DNA from: Actinomycetes bacterium | GTDB lineage: Bacteria; Actinomycetota; Acidimicrobiia; Acidimicrobiales; Ilumatobacteraceae | NCBI GenBank assembly: GCA_029782355.1 | Contig: JAKOUY010000036.1 | Coordinates: 2,193-66,192 of the forward strand | Reading direction: 5' to 3' | DNA length: 64,000 bases | The notes under the pieces: model-generated | Told to the model about the DNA's origin: nothing | What the model saw: only the letters and a program-made list of their open reading frames with translations | Database searches by the model: none | Position numbers and translations under genes: made by a program | Shown: one piece after another, positions 48,357-59,962 of the stretch | How the letters are laid out: each line of letters starts with the position of its first letter | Position numbering within the stretch: the first letter of the stretch is position 1

Positions 48357-50544
48357 TGCACGTCGTCGTGCTCGGTTCGGGCGGGCGGGAGCACGCCATC
48401 GCCTGGCACGTCGCCCGCCACGGGCACCGGGTTGAGGTGTGCGACTCGATCCACTCGGCAGTCGGCGCCCACCCGGACCTGGTCATCGTCGGGCCCGAAT
48501 CACTGCTGGCCGCGGGGGCCGCCGACCGCTGCACGGCAGCCGGCATCGCCTGCTTCGGCCCCACCGCAGCGCTGGCCCGGTTGGAGACCTCCAAGGCCGA
48601 CGGCCGTGACCTGGCGGCCCGCCTGGGCATCCCCATCCCCCGCTACCGCACGCACCCCGACGCGCCCAGCGCGCTCGACGCGTGGCGCGCCGACGGATGC
48701 CCCCCGGTGGTGGTCAAGCAGGACGGCCTGGCGGCCGGCAAAGGCGTGGCCGTCCCGGACGGTCCGGCCGAGACCGAAGCCGCCATCGTCGCCCTCGGCG
48801 CTGCCGGGCCGCTGGTGGTCGAGCAGCGCATGAGCGGCCCGGAGCTGACCCTCCTGGCCGTCTCCGACGGGCGTCGCGCCGTGGCGCTGCCGCTGGTGCA
48901 GGACCACAAGCGGATCGGCGAGGGGGACACCGGACCGAACACGGGTGGCATGGGCGCGGTGGCCCCCGTCGACCTCGGCCTCGACCCGGCGGCCCTGACG
49001 GCCACGTTCGTCCAGCCGGTCATCGATCACCTCGCCGCCGCCGGGACGCCCTACATCGGGGTGCTGTACGCCGGGCTGATGCTCACGGCGGGCGGGCCTC
49101 GACTGGTGGAGTACAACTGCCGCTTCGGGGATCCCGAGGCCCAGGCCGTCCTGGCGCTGCTGGATGCCGACCTGGCGGCTCTGGCGATGGCCTGCGTCGA
49201 GGGTCGGCTCGACCCCGCCATGGTGACCACCCGAGCCGGGGCAGCCTGCACGGTGGTGGCCGCCGCCCCCGGCTACCCGGACTGCCCGCAGCTCGGCGGC
49301 ACGGTGCGCCTCGACGGCCGCCCGCTGCCCGACGGCAGCGTCGAGCTGGCCGAGGGCGTGGTGCTGCACCCGGCGGGAGTGTGCCGCGGCACGGTCACCG
49401 GCGGGCGGGTGCTGTCGGTCACGGCCACTGCAGCCGACCTCGGTCGGGCCCGACAGCAGGCGTACGACGCGCTGGCGCGCATCGAGCTCGACGGCGTCCA
49501 GGTGCGCGGCGACATCGGCTGGCGGGCCCGGGCGGCGGGCATCGCCACCTACTCGGCGACCGGGGTGGACATCGACGAAGGCAATCGGGCCGTCCGCTCC
49601 CTGGCCGCGGCGGTCGAGGCGACCCACGGCCCTGCCGTGCTGCGCGGCGTCGGCAGCTTCGGCGGGGCCTTCTCCGCCGCGGCGCTGGTCGCCATGGACG
49701 ATCCGGTGCTGGTCGGCTCCACCGACGGCGTCGGCACGAAGGTCGAGCTAGCCGCCCGGGCCGGGCGCTACGCCGGGGTCGGCCAGGACATCGTCAACCA
49801 CTGCATCGACGACGTCCTCGTGCAGGGGGCTCGCCCGCTGTTCTTCCTCGACTACATCGCCGCCGCCCGGATCCGCGCCGAGCAGGTCGCCGAGGTCGTC
49901 GGCGGCATGGCCGCGGCCTGCGCGGCCGGTGGGTGTGCGCTGCTGGGCGGGGAGACCGCCGAGATGCCGGGCGTCTACCACGACGGCCACTTCGACATCG
50001 CCGGCACGCTGGTGGGTGCGGTGGAGCGGGCCGACCTGCTGCCCCGCCCGACGGTGGCCGCCGGCGACGTCCTGGTCGGCCTGGCCTCCAGCGGAGCGCA
50101 CACCAACGGGTACTCGCTGCTGCGCAACCTGTTCGCCTGGCTGCCCCTCGACGCCCAGCCGGCCCCGCTCGATCGCCCGCTGGTCGACGCCCTGCTCGAG
50201 CCGCACCGTTCGTACCTCGACGTCCTCGGCCCGCTGCTCGACCACCCGGCGCTGAAGGCCCTGGCCCACATCACGGGCGGCGGGCTGCCGGAGAACCTGC
50301 CTCGGGTCCTGCCCGAGGGGGTCCACGCCGAGATCCAGCTCGGCTCGTGGCCGCTGCCACCGCTGTTCGAGCTGGTCACCCAGGTCGCCACGACCATGCC
50401 GGTTGAGGAGCTGTACCGGACCCTCAACATGGGCATCGGCATGGTCGTGGTCACCGATCGGCCGGAGGAGATCCGAGCCGCCATCGCCGAGCCGAGCTGG
50501 ATCATCGGGCGCCTGGTGCCCGGCCGGCGCGGGGTCACCCTGCG

Positions 50545-50548
<4 letters not shown>
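48356..50548 (+). CDS. purD-purM: Fused phosphoribosylamine--glycine ligase (PurD) / AIR synthase (PurM)
   Basis: In ORF 47483..50548 from ATG 48356, 730 aa. The PurD part has VVVLGSGGREHA, DHKRIGEGDTGPNTGGMG, EYNCRFGDPE and GDIGWRA. It continues directly into the PurM part: YSATGVDIDEGNRAV, GTDGVGTKV, LGGETAEMPG, AHITGGG. Confidence 0.9.
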
Positions 50549-52666
<2,118 letters not shown>

Positions 52667-52681
52667 TCGCCGGAGCGCGGC

Positions 52682-53710
52682 TCAGGCCGTGGACGGGCCT
52701 TCCCACAGGTTGATGCCGGAGTCGACGGCGTGGCGGTCGATCTCGGCCAGCTCGTCGTCGGTCAGCGGGGGGCCCGACAAGGCGTCGAGGTTGGTGTCGA
52801 GCTGGGCCACCGAGGAGGCACCGATCACCGCCGAGGACACCCGCGGGTCGCGCAGGACCCACTGCAGGGCCAGCTGGGCGAGCTGCTGGCCACGGCGGGC
52901 GGCGATGCGCTGCAGGGCCCGGACCCGATCCAGCACCGCCTCGTCGAGCCCGGTCAGGGTCGAGTTGGGCCGGGCGGCGCGGGAGTCCGACGGCACCCCG
53001 CCGAGGTACCGGTCGGTCAGCAGCCCCTGGGCCAGGGCGGTGAAGACGATGCAACCCATGCCCTGGCGCTCGAGCTCGTCCAGCAGCCCGCCTTCGATCC
53101 ACCGGTTCAGCATCGAGTACGACGGCTGGTGGATGAGCAGCGGGGTGCCCAGGCGACGGGCGATGTCGGCGGCCTCGGCCGTGCGCTGCGCCGAGTACGA
53201 GGAGATCCCGACGTACAGCGCCTTGCCGGAGCGCACGGCGGTGTCCAGCGCGCCGATGGTCTCCTCCAGCGGGGTGTCCCGGTCGAAGCGGTGGCTGTAG
53301 AAGATGTCGACGTAGTCCAGGCCGAGGCGACGCAGCGACTGGTCGAGCGACGCCAGGACGTACTTGCGCGAGCCGCCTCCCTGGCCGTAGGGGCCCGGCC
53401 ACATGTCCCAGCCGGCCTTGGTCGAGATGATCAGCTCGTCGCGGTACGGTCGGAAGTCGTCGGCCAGGTAACGGCCGACGTTCTCCTCCGCCCGGCCGTA
53501 CGGCGGGCCGTAGTTGTTGGCCAGGTCGAAGTGGGTCACGCCGCGGTCGAAGGCCCGCCGCAGGATGGCTCGCTGGGTCTCCTCCGGACGGTCGGTGCCG
53601 AAGTTCTGCCACAACCCGAGCGACAGCGCCGGGAACCGCAGCCCGCTGCGGCCCACCACCCGGTAGGTCATCTGGTCGTAGCGGTCCTCGGCTGCCTGGT
53701 AGCTCACCAC
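52682..53710 (-). CDS. Aldo/keto reductase (YghZ / Kv-beta-like, L-glyceraldehyde-3-phosphate reductase type)
   Basis: In ORF 52682..55129 from GTG 53710 (VVSYQAAEDRYDQMTYRVVGRSGLRFPALSLGLW). DLANNYG, the STKAGW pattern and DIFYSHR are present. Confidence 0.85.
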   Translation of the reverse strand: MVSYQAAEDRYDQMTYRVVGRSGLRFPALSLGLWQNFGTDRPEETQRAILRRAFDRGVTHFDLANNYGPPYGRAEENVGRYLADDFRPYRDELIISTKAGWDMWPGPYGQGGGSRKYVLASLDQSLRRLGLDYVDIFYSHRFDRDTPLEETIGALDTAVRSGKALYVGISSYSAQRTAEAADIARRLGTPLLIHQPSYSMLNRWIEGGLLDELERQGMGCIVFTALAQGLLTDRYLGGVPSDSRAARPNSTLTGLDEAVLDRVRALQRIAARRGQQLAQLALQWVLRDPRVSSAVIGASSVAQLDTNLDALSGPPLTDDELAEIDRHAVDSGINLWEGPSTA

Positions 53711-53826
53711 GCCATTGTGCTCGACGGGTCGCTCCGACCGGCATCCACCACCGGGTTCGGCGAACGGGTGATCTACGCTGGGTCTCGGGGACGCCGCTCG
53801 GGTCGGCTCCCGTTCCGGAGGTTGCC

Positions 53827-54138
53827 ATGTCCACCGCAGAAGGTTCCGATGTTGCCGCTCGCCTGCGCGACGACCTGGCTCGAGCCGTCGAGCAACGCGA
53901 CCAGCTGGAGGCCGAGTACCAGCAGTGCCTCGAGGATCCCGACGTCCTCCAGGAGGATCGCGACTCGGTGCGGACCCTGCTGGAAGGGGCGCGTGGCGCC
54001 GTCGAACACGCCGAGCGGGCCTTGCAGCGGGTGGAGAGCGGTGAGTACGGCACCTGCTCGGTCTGCGGCAAGCCGATCGGCGCCGCCCGGCTCGAGGCAC
54101 TGCCGGAAGCCACCACCTGCGTGAACTGCACCCCGTGA
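53827..54138 (+). CDS. TraR/DksA family C4-type zinc-finger protein
   Basis: ORF 53827..54138. A coiled-coil-like N-terminus is followed by CSVCGKPIG..R...P....CVNC. Confidence 0.75.
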   Translation: MSTAEGSDVAARLRDDLARAVEQRDQLEAEYQQCLEDPDVLQEDRDSVRTLLEGARGAVEHAERALQRVESGEYGTCSVCGKPIGAARLEALPEATTCVNCTP

Positions 54139-54148
54139 TCCGCCGCCG

Positions 54149-55189
54149 ATGAGCGGACCGTCGATCGAGCTGCCGAGCGACGACCCCGAGGCCCTGTACG
54201 AGCTGTTCGAGCGGCACGGGTGGGGTGACGGCCTGCCGCTGGTCGCCCCGACCGCGGCGCGGGTCGAGGCAATGCTGGCCGAGGGCGCGCCCGGACAGGA
54301 CCCCGACGAGGTCGTCGCCGTGCTGGAGCCGCGCCGTGGTCTGGCCACCCGGCGGATCATCGCCGTCAATGCCGTGCTGGCCGGGTGCCGGCCGGCCCAG
54401 CTCCCCGTCGTGCTCAGCGCAGTGCGCGCCCTGGCCCGCCCGGAGGTCAACCTGCGCGGGGTCAACGCCACCACCCACCCGGTCGCTCCGCTGCTGATCG
54501 TCCACGGGGCCGTCGTCCACGGCGCCGGGTACCGCTACGCCAGCGGCGCCCTGGGCCCCGGCAACCGGGCCAATGCCACCACCGGGCGGGCGGTACGGCT
54601 GATCCTGACCCATGTCGCCGGGGCCACGGTGGGCGACGGTGATGCGTCCACGCAGGGCGGGCCGGCGAAGTACGGCTTCTGCGTCGCCGAGCACGAGTCC
54701 GCCTCCCCGTGGGGTGGGTTCGCCGCCGGGCGCGGGGTGCGCGCCGCCTCGGCCGTCACCGTGCACTGTGGTGAGGGCCCGCACAACGTCCACGACATGG
54801 AGCACGGCGATCCGCAGCTGATCCTCGACAAGCTGGCCTCGGCCATGGCCACCCTCGGCCAGAACAACGCGTGCATCAGCCAGGGCGAGTACGTCGTGCT
54901 GCTCTGCCCGGAGCATGCCGCGGCGATGGCCGCCGCCGGGCTCGACCGGGCGACCATCGCCGAGCGCCTGTGGGAGCGGGCCCGGCACCCGGCGGCGCTG
55001 CTGCGCCGGCACTTCGCCACGCTGGCGTGGGCGCCGTGGATGATGGCGGCCGGCGACGACGACCTGCTGCCGATGACCGAGTCTCCCGCCAACATCCTGG
55101 TGCTCGTCGTGGGCGGCGCGGGCAAGCACTCCTCGATCGTTCCCAGCTGGGGCATGACCCGCAGCGTCACCCTGGCCGTCGAGCCATGA
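54149..55189 (+). CDS. Conserved hypothetical protein (family not recognised)
   Basis: ORF 54149..55189, 346 aa, with coding-like composition. It lies 10 nt after the DksA-like gene and about 20-35 nt before the UGSC gene. Distinctive N-terminal GWGDGLPLVAPT segment. Confidence 0.5.
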   Translation: MSGPSIELPSDDPEALYELFERHGWGDGLPLVAPTAARVEAMLAEGAPGQDPDEVVAVLEPRRGLATRRIIAVNAVLAGCRPAQLPVVLSAVRALARPEVNLRGVNATTHPVAPLLIVHGAVVHGAGYRYASGALGPGNRANATTGRAVRLILTHVAGATVGDGDASTQGGPAKYGFCVAEHESASPWGGFAAGRGVRAASAVTVHCGEGPHNVHDMEHGDPQLILDKLASAMATLGQNNACISQGEYVVLLCPEHAAAMAAAGLDRATIAERLWERARHPAALLRRHFATLAWAPWMMAAGDDDLLPMTESPANILVLVVGGAGKHSSIVPSWGMTRSVTLAVEP

Positions 55190-55208
55190 CGGCGATCGGC
55201 GATGATGG

Positions 55209-56021
55209 ATGGCGGGAGGTTCGATGCTGATCTACGAGCCGTGCGGATCGATCGCCGGGGAGGATGGTGCGCCACGGCGCACGCCGGGCATCCGCCCGTC
55301 ACTGGTCGGGCGGCGCCTCGGCGTGCTCGACAATGGCAAGCCCAATGCCGGCGTGGTGCTCGGTGCCATCGCCCAGACCCTGGTCGGTCGGCACGGCGCC
55401 GTGGCCGGACTGGTCACCGGCAAGGGCCCAGGTGCCAATGCGGCCACCGCCGCCCGTCCGGAGGTCCTCGCCCGGCTGGGCGACGAGGTCGACGTCACGC
55501 TGGTGGGCTCGGCCGATTGAGGGAGCTGCACGTCGTGGAGTGTCCACGACGCCGTCGAGCTGGAGGGCCGCGGAGTCACCGCGCTCGTCGTGACCACCCC
55601 ACCGTTCCTCTCGCTGACCCGCCGGGTCGCCGCCGAGCTGGGGCGTGCGGACCTGGCCGTGCTCGTCGTCCCCCACCCGTTGGGCGGCACCGATCCGGAC
55701 GAGGTGCGCCGGTGGGGCGCCGAGTCGGCCGAGATCGCCGCCCGAGCGCTCGCCGGGACACCCGTGCCCGGATCGGACCAGGCCGAGCCGGCGCGCTTGG
55801 CCGATCTGCAGCAGACGCTGCGCCAGGACGGCGCCGAACTGCGCCTCGAGCGCATCGAGGGTGGCGTCGCCCACCTCACCCTGGAACTCGCCGACGCCCG
55901 CTGCGCCGAGTGCGTCATGCCCGCCGAGTTCATCGAGCGGTTGGCCGGCGCGGCCCTGGCGGCCGAGATCGACGGGCTGGGCGGCGTGGTCGTCCACGAT
56001 CCGCGACGGGAGGACCGATGA
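55209..56021 (+). CDS. UGSC-motif protein with a NifU-like C-terminal domain and in-frame TGA at 55518..55520: candidate selenoprotein
   Basis: ORF 55209..55520 and ORF 55590..56021 are in the same frame with no stop between them other than the TGA. The joined sequence reads ..VDVTLVGSAD-U-GSCTSWSVHDAVELEGRGVTALVVTTPPF.. The C-terminus (LRLERIEGGVAHLTLELADARCAECVMP) is NifU/Nfu-like. ATG 55224, preceded by GGGAGG, is the more likely start. Confidence 0.6.
55531..55551 (+). promoter_or_regulatory. SECIS-like hairpin downstream of the TGA at 55518..55520
   Basis: CGUCGUGGA-GUG-UCCACGACG: a perfect 9-bp stem (or 8 bp with an AGUGU loop). It starts 10 nt after the UGA. Confidence 0.5.
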
Positions 56022-56821
56022 CGGTCACCATCGATCTGGGCGGGCAGGTCGCCCTGATCACCGGCGCCGGAGCCGGGATCGGGCGGAGCATCGCCCACTG
56101 GCTGGCCGGCGCCGGTGCCCACGTGGTGATCGTCGACGGGCGCGGCGAGCGGGTCGACGCCGTGGCCGCGGAGATCGGTGACGCCGGCGGCACGGCCACG
56201 GCGCGGTGCGCCGACCTGCGCGACGACACCGCCCACGACCGCATCGTCACCGACGTCGTCGATCAGCACGGCAGGCTGGACATCGCCGTCAACAACGTCG
56301 GCATGCTGCCGGCCGGTCGGCGGACCCAGCCGTTTCTCGACTACGGGCCCGAGGACTGGCGGGACATCGTCGACCAGAACCTCACCCTCGCCGCGCTGGG
56401 CGCCCGGGCGCAGGCCGGGGCCATGGTCGCCGGTGGGCGGGGCGGGACCCTGCTGTTCGTCAGCTCCGGGGAGACCACCCGGCCGTCGCCGACCAATGCC
56501 ATCTACGCCGCGGCGAAGGCGGCGCTCAACCACCTGGTGACCAGCCTGGCGGTCGAGCTCGGCCCGGCCGGCGTGCGCGTCTTCGCCATCGCTCCGGGAA
56601 CCACGGCCACCGAGCAGGTCGTCGCCGCCCTCGACGAGGAGTACCTCGACGCCGTGGCGGCGTCGACACCGCTGCGCCGGCGGGTCGAACCCGACGAGCT
56701 CGGACGGCTGGCCGTGTTCCTCGCCAGCGACCTGGCGCGGTGCATGACGGGGCAGTTCCTCCTGGCCGACGCCGGTGCCTTCCTGTCCCGGACCCGCCCC
56801 ACGCTGCCGGGCACTGCCTAA
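56018..56821 (+). CDS. SDR family oxidoreductase
   Basis: In ORF 55202..56821 from ATG 56018 (ATGA overlap with the UGSC gene stop). ITGAGAGIGRS, NNVG, YAAAKAA and IAPG are present. Confidence 0.85.
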   Translation: MTVTIDLGGQVALITGAGAGIGRSIAHWLAGAGAHVVIVDGRGERVDAVAAEIGDAGGTATARCADLRDDTAHDRIVTDVVDQHGRLDIAVNNVGMLPAGRRTQPFLDYGPEDWRDIVDQNLTLAALGARAQAGAMVAGGRGGTLLFVSSGETTRPSPTNAIYAAAKAALNHLVTSLAVELGPAGVRVFAIAPGTTATEQVVAALDEEYLDAVAASTPLRRRVEPDELGRLAVFLASDLARCMTGQFLLADAGAFLSRTRPTLPGTA

Positions 56822-56830
56822 GGTCGGTGC

Positions 56831-57667
56831 ATGGCCGCCAGCGATCCGCCCGAGCTCGGCGTGTTCCTCGCCACCCTGACCCTCGGCAACCCGTGGTCGC
56901 CAACGGCCGATGCCGTCGTCACGGCGGCCGACGCCGCCGCGGCGGCCGGGTTCGGCCACGTCGGGATCTCCCGACCGGCGGTGTCCGCGCTGGCGGCGGC
57001 GGGCGCCGATCCCGCCGCGGTGCTGTCCGAGCGTGGCTTGCGGGTCTCCTGCCTGGAGGCGCTGTTCGGCTGGTCGACGGACGGTGACGCAGCGCGAGCC
57101 GAGGCCGCAGCAGCGCTCGACGACGCCGGCGCGGTGGGAGCCGATCTGGTGATGGCGGTCGAGCTGGGCGACCGGCCCGTCGACGTCGAGCGGGCCGCCG
57201 CCAACCTGGCGCTCGTCGCCGAGGTGCTCGGCGGGGCGGGGGTATCACCGTGCGTCGAGTTCCTGCCGTGGTCCGGCATCCCCGATCTGGCCACCGCATG
57301 GGCGGTGGTCGGTCCGGTTCCGTCAGCCCGGTTGCTGGTCGACACCTGGCACTGGGCCCGGCAACCGGGTGGACCCGATCCTCGGCTGCTGGCCTCGATC
57401 CCCGCGGATCGGGTGGCTGCGGTCCAGCTGTGCGACACCCAGCCGGGCGGCGGGCGCGGCGACCTGATGGCGGAGGCGATGACCCGCCGTCTGGATCCGG
57501 GCGAGGGCGACGCCGACATCGGCGGTGTCCTGGCAACCCTGCGGGCGATGGGCGCCGCGCCGCGCTGGAGCGTGGAGGTCTTCGATCCGCATCGCCTGGC
57601 GGCCGAGGGCCCGGCGCGCCGCGCCGAGCAGCAGTTCCGCGCCGCCCGGCGGGCGATGGCCGCCTAG
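56831..57667 (+). CDS. Sugar phosphate isomerase/epimerase family (xylose isomerase-like TIM barrel) protein
   Basis: ORF 56831..57667. The pattern ..VEFLPWS.I.D...A..V......ARLLVDTWHW......P..L..IP..R.....L.D is typical of AP_endonuc_2 TIM barrels. Confidence 0.65.
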   Translation: MAASDPPELGVFLATLTLGNPWSPTADAVVTAADAAAAAGFGHVGISRPAVSALAAAGADPAAVLSERGLRVSCLEALFGWSTDGDAARAEAAAALDDAGAVGADLVMAVELGDRPVDVERAAANLALVAEVLGGAGVSPCVEFLPWSGIPDLATAWAVVGPVPSARLLVDTWHWARQPGGPDPRLLASIPADRVAAVQLCDTQPGGGRGDLMAEAMTRRLDPGEGDADIGGVLATLRAMGAAPRWSVEVFDPHRLAAEGPARRAEQQFRAARRAMAA

Positions 57668-58269
57668 AACCCGCCGGCCTTGTCGGCGCCGAGCATGACG
57701 ACGATGGTGGCGGCACCGAGGTTGATCGGCCCGCCGCGGATGGAGATCGGCGTGGGCATGTAGGCCAGCTCGGACACCCCGAGGACCCGAGCCACCGAGC
57801 GGGCCACCGCCTCGGAGCCCGGCTTGACGTAGATCTTCGTCGTGGCCAGCTGTGACTCGATGCCGTCGGCGGTGGTCGCCTTCTGCGTGCTGAACCCCAG
57901 CGAGTCCAGGCGGGCGGTCAAGCGGCTGGCTGCCCCGTCGACGTTGGACGCATTGGCCACCATGACCACGGCGCCCGTGGTGACCAGTGGTTCGGTCGTC
58001 GTCGTGCTCGGGTCGGGTGCGGGGATGGTCGGTGACGCGGAGGCTTGGGTGACCGCCGTGGTGTCGGAGGGGTCTGCCGGCGCGGCGTCGGTCGTCGGCA
58101 GCCGCGCACCCGTGACCGGCGTGGCGACGGTCGCGGCGGGTGTCCCCGGCGGGCGCCGATCGGTGGGCAGCGCCTGGTCGGTGGCCTTCGAGCTGCATGC
58201 CCCGAGGATCGGCAGGATCACGCCGACCACCACTCGCGCCCGCCCTCGAGTCATCCCACGTCGTGCCAT
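57664..58269 (-). CDS. LytR_C domain-containing lipoprotein
   Basis: ORF 57664..58317, with a start at ATG 58269 or 58254 (..VVVGVILPILGACSS, a lipobox). The C-terminal VMVANASNVDGAASRLTARLDSLGF............TKIYV is LytR_C-like. Confidence 0.65.
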   Translation of the reverse strand: MARRGMTRGRARVVVGVILPILGACSSKATDQALPTDRRPPGTPAATVATPVTGARLPTTDAAPADPSDTTAVTQASASPTIPAPDPSTTTTEPLVTTGAVVMVANASNVDGAASRLTARLDSLGFSTQKATTADGIESQLATTKIYVKPGSEAVARSVARVLGVSELAYMPTPISIRGGPINLGAATIVVMLGADKAGGF

Positions 58270-58338
58270 CCACACCCTCCGGTTCGTCCGTCCAGATTGC
58301 CGGACCGGACGACCCAAGACAACGCGGCCAGCGGCGGG

Positions 58339-59319
58339 TCAGCGTCCGATCGTCGTCGTGGTCGTCGACCGCGCCGGCGGGCGGGAGTCCGCCGGGGAGA
58401 CCTGCGGAGTGGTGGACGACGGCGAGCGCGCCGGCGGTGTCGTCGGCGTGGCCGAGGTCGGCGTGGGTGACGGGGCCGGCGGGCTGGGCGGCGCCGTCGG
58501 AGCGGTCGGTCGCGTCGTCGGCGGCGGCAGCGCCGGCCGGGTCGTCGGGGGCGGGGCGGTGGGCCGCGTCGTCGGCGGGGACGGCCGAGTCGTCGGGGTC
58601 GGGGCGGTGGGCCGCGTCGTCGGCGGGGACGGCCGAGTCGTGGGGGTCGGCGGAGCGGTCGGCCGAGTCGTCGGCGGCAGGCTCGTGGTCGGCGTCGGCC
58701 GGGTGGTCGGGGTCGTCCCCTGGCCGTTGCCGTCGCTGTTGGCCGGCGTGGTCGTCGTCGTGCCCGGGTCGACACCACCGTTGCGAGCGCCGTCGGGCGG
58801 GTCTGTGGTGGGCAGGACCGGCGGAGCCGGTGTCGGCGTCGGTCCGGGCACCACCGGAACCGGCACCGTGCCCGCGCCGATCAGCCCGTTCGGCGTGTTC
58901 GCCCCGTTCGCCGGGACCACTCCCGACGTGGCATCGGCCGGGCCCGTCGGCGAGACGCCGGGGACGGTGGGCGGGATGGTGGTGAGGACGCCCGTTCGCG
59001 GCGTGGTCGAGTTCACCGAGCCACCGGGCGGCGTCGTCCCGCGTGGTTGGTGGTCGTGACCGAACCCGAGTTGGAGCGCCAGGACTCCCGCGCCGACGAG
59101 GATCAGGGCGGCGGCCACCCGCCCCAGCACCCGGGACCGCCACGGGACACCGACGACCGGACGCCGACCGCTGCCGTCGCCCAGCGCGTCGAGCATGGCA
59201 TCGACGGCGGAGTCTCGCCCGACGAGCTCGGCCGCGCTTGCCGGCTGCTGCAGGGATGCAAGCAATCTCAAGCACTCCGCCGAAAGCCGAGCGTCGTCGG
59301 GCGGACTCATGCCGGACAT
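58339..59319 (-). CDS. Putative anti-sigma factor: single-pass membrane protein with a Pro/Thr-rich repetitive extracytoplasmic tail
   Basis: ORF 58339..59319, immediately downstream of the ECF sigma gene. It has one TM helix (VLGRVAAALILVGAGVLAL). The C-terminal repeats are PTTRPTAP/PTTRPSPP. Confidence 0.5.
   Translation of the reverse strand: MSGMSPPDDARLSAECLRLLASLQQPASAAELVGRDSAVDAMLDALGDGSGRRPVVGVPWRSRVLGRVAAALILVGAGVLALQLGFGHDHQPRGTTPPGGSVNSTTPRTGVLTTIPPTVPGVSPTGPADATSGVVPANGANTPNGLIGAGTVPVPVVPGPTPTPAPPVLPTTDPPDGARNGGVDPGTTTTTPANSDGNGQGTTPTTRPTPTTSLPPTTRPTAPPTPTTRPSPPTTRPTAPTPTTRPSPPTTRPTAPPPTTRPALPPPTTRPTAPTAPPSPPAPSPTPTSATPTTPPARSPSSTTPQVSPADSRPPARSTTTTTIGR
58553..58648. repeat. 48-bp tandem duplication (2 units, 1 mismatch) inside the Pro/Thr-rich coding region
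   Basis: GGGGCGGTGGGCCGCGTCGTCGGCGGGGACGGCCGAGTCGT(C/G)GGGGTC at 58553..58600 and 58601..58648. Confidence 0.8.
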
Positions 59320-59340
59320 ATCGACCGACCCGCGAGATTG

Positions 59341-59892
59341 TTACCGGAAATCACGGCGACCCTCCATGGCGTGCTGCAGCCGGGTCAGGCCGCGATGGAT
59401 GGCGACGCGCACTGCGCCCTCGCGCTTGCCCTGGATCGTGGCGATCTCGGCGATGTCCAGGCCGGTGACGTAGCGCAACAGCACCGCCTCGGCCATGTCA
59501 TCGGGGAGCCGGCGGATCAGCGCCAGGGCCCGTTCCAGATCGGCCGTGTCCGGCTGCTCGACGCTCGGTTCGGGAACGGCATCGATCGCCACCGTCGGGC
59601 GGCGGACCCGCTGGCGGATGTCGTCGATGTGCCGGCGGCGGGCGATGGTCATCAGCCAGGCGACGAAGTCACGCCGCCCACCGCGGAAGCGGGTCAGCCC
59701 CCGGGCGACGTCGATCCAGACGGCGCTGGCCAGATCCGCCGGCTCGGCGGCACCACGGCCGCGGAGGTAGCGCAGCACCATCGGCTGAAACGCCGACCAC
59801 AGGGCACCCAGCGCGTCGCGGTCACCGAGACGGGCCGCCTCGAGCGTCTCGGCGAAGTGCCCGCCAACAGACTCGGGCTCATCCGACAGCAC
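59341..59892 (-). CDS. ECF-type RNA polymerase sigma-70 family factor
   Basis: ORF 59341..59892. The region 2 pattern is DLASAVWIDVARGL..F.G....F.AWLMTIARRRHID. The region 4 pattern is AVLLRYVTGLDIAEIATIQGKREGAVRVAIHRGL. Confidence 0.85.
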   Translation of the reverse strand: MLSDEPESVGGHFAETLEAARLGDRDALGALWSAFQPMVLRYLRGRGAAEPADLASAVWIDVARGLTRFRGGRRDFVAWLMTIARRRHIDDIRQRVRRPTVAIDAVPEPSVEQPDTADLERALALIRRLPDDMAEAVLLRYVTGLDIAEIATIQGKREGAVRVAIHRGLTRLQHAMEGRRDFR

Positions 59893-59962
59893 TACCCCCT
59901 ACCGTATCGCGTCCGGGCCGTCACTTCGTCGGTCGAGCGGGCCCAGGGTACGCTCGGCGGCG

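Noticed and set aside
53711-53826. Possible tRNA (including tRNA-Sec) or small RNA in the larger non-coding gaps (53711..53826, 17055..17128, 59893..59962).
   Set aside because: I found no cloverleaf-compatible acceptor/T-arm pairing or conserved GTTC-type T-loop by inspection. The gaps are consistent with simple promoter regions. A tRNAscan/Infernal run would settle it.
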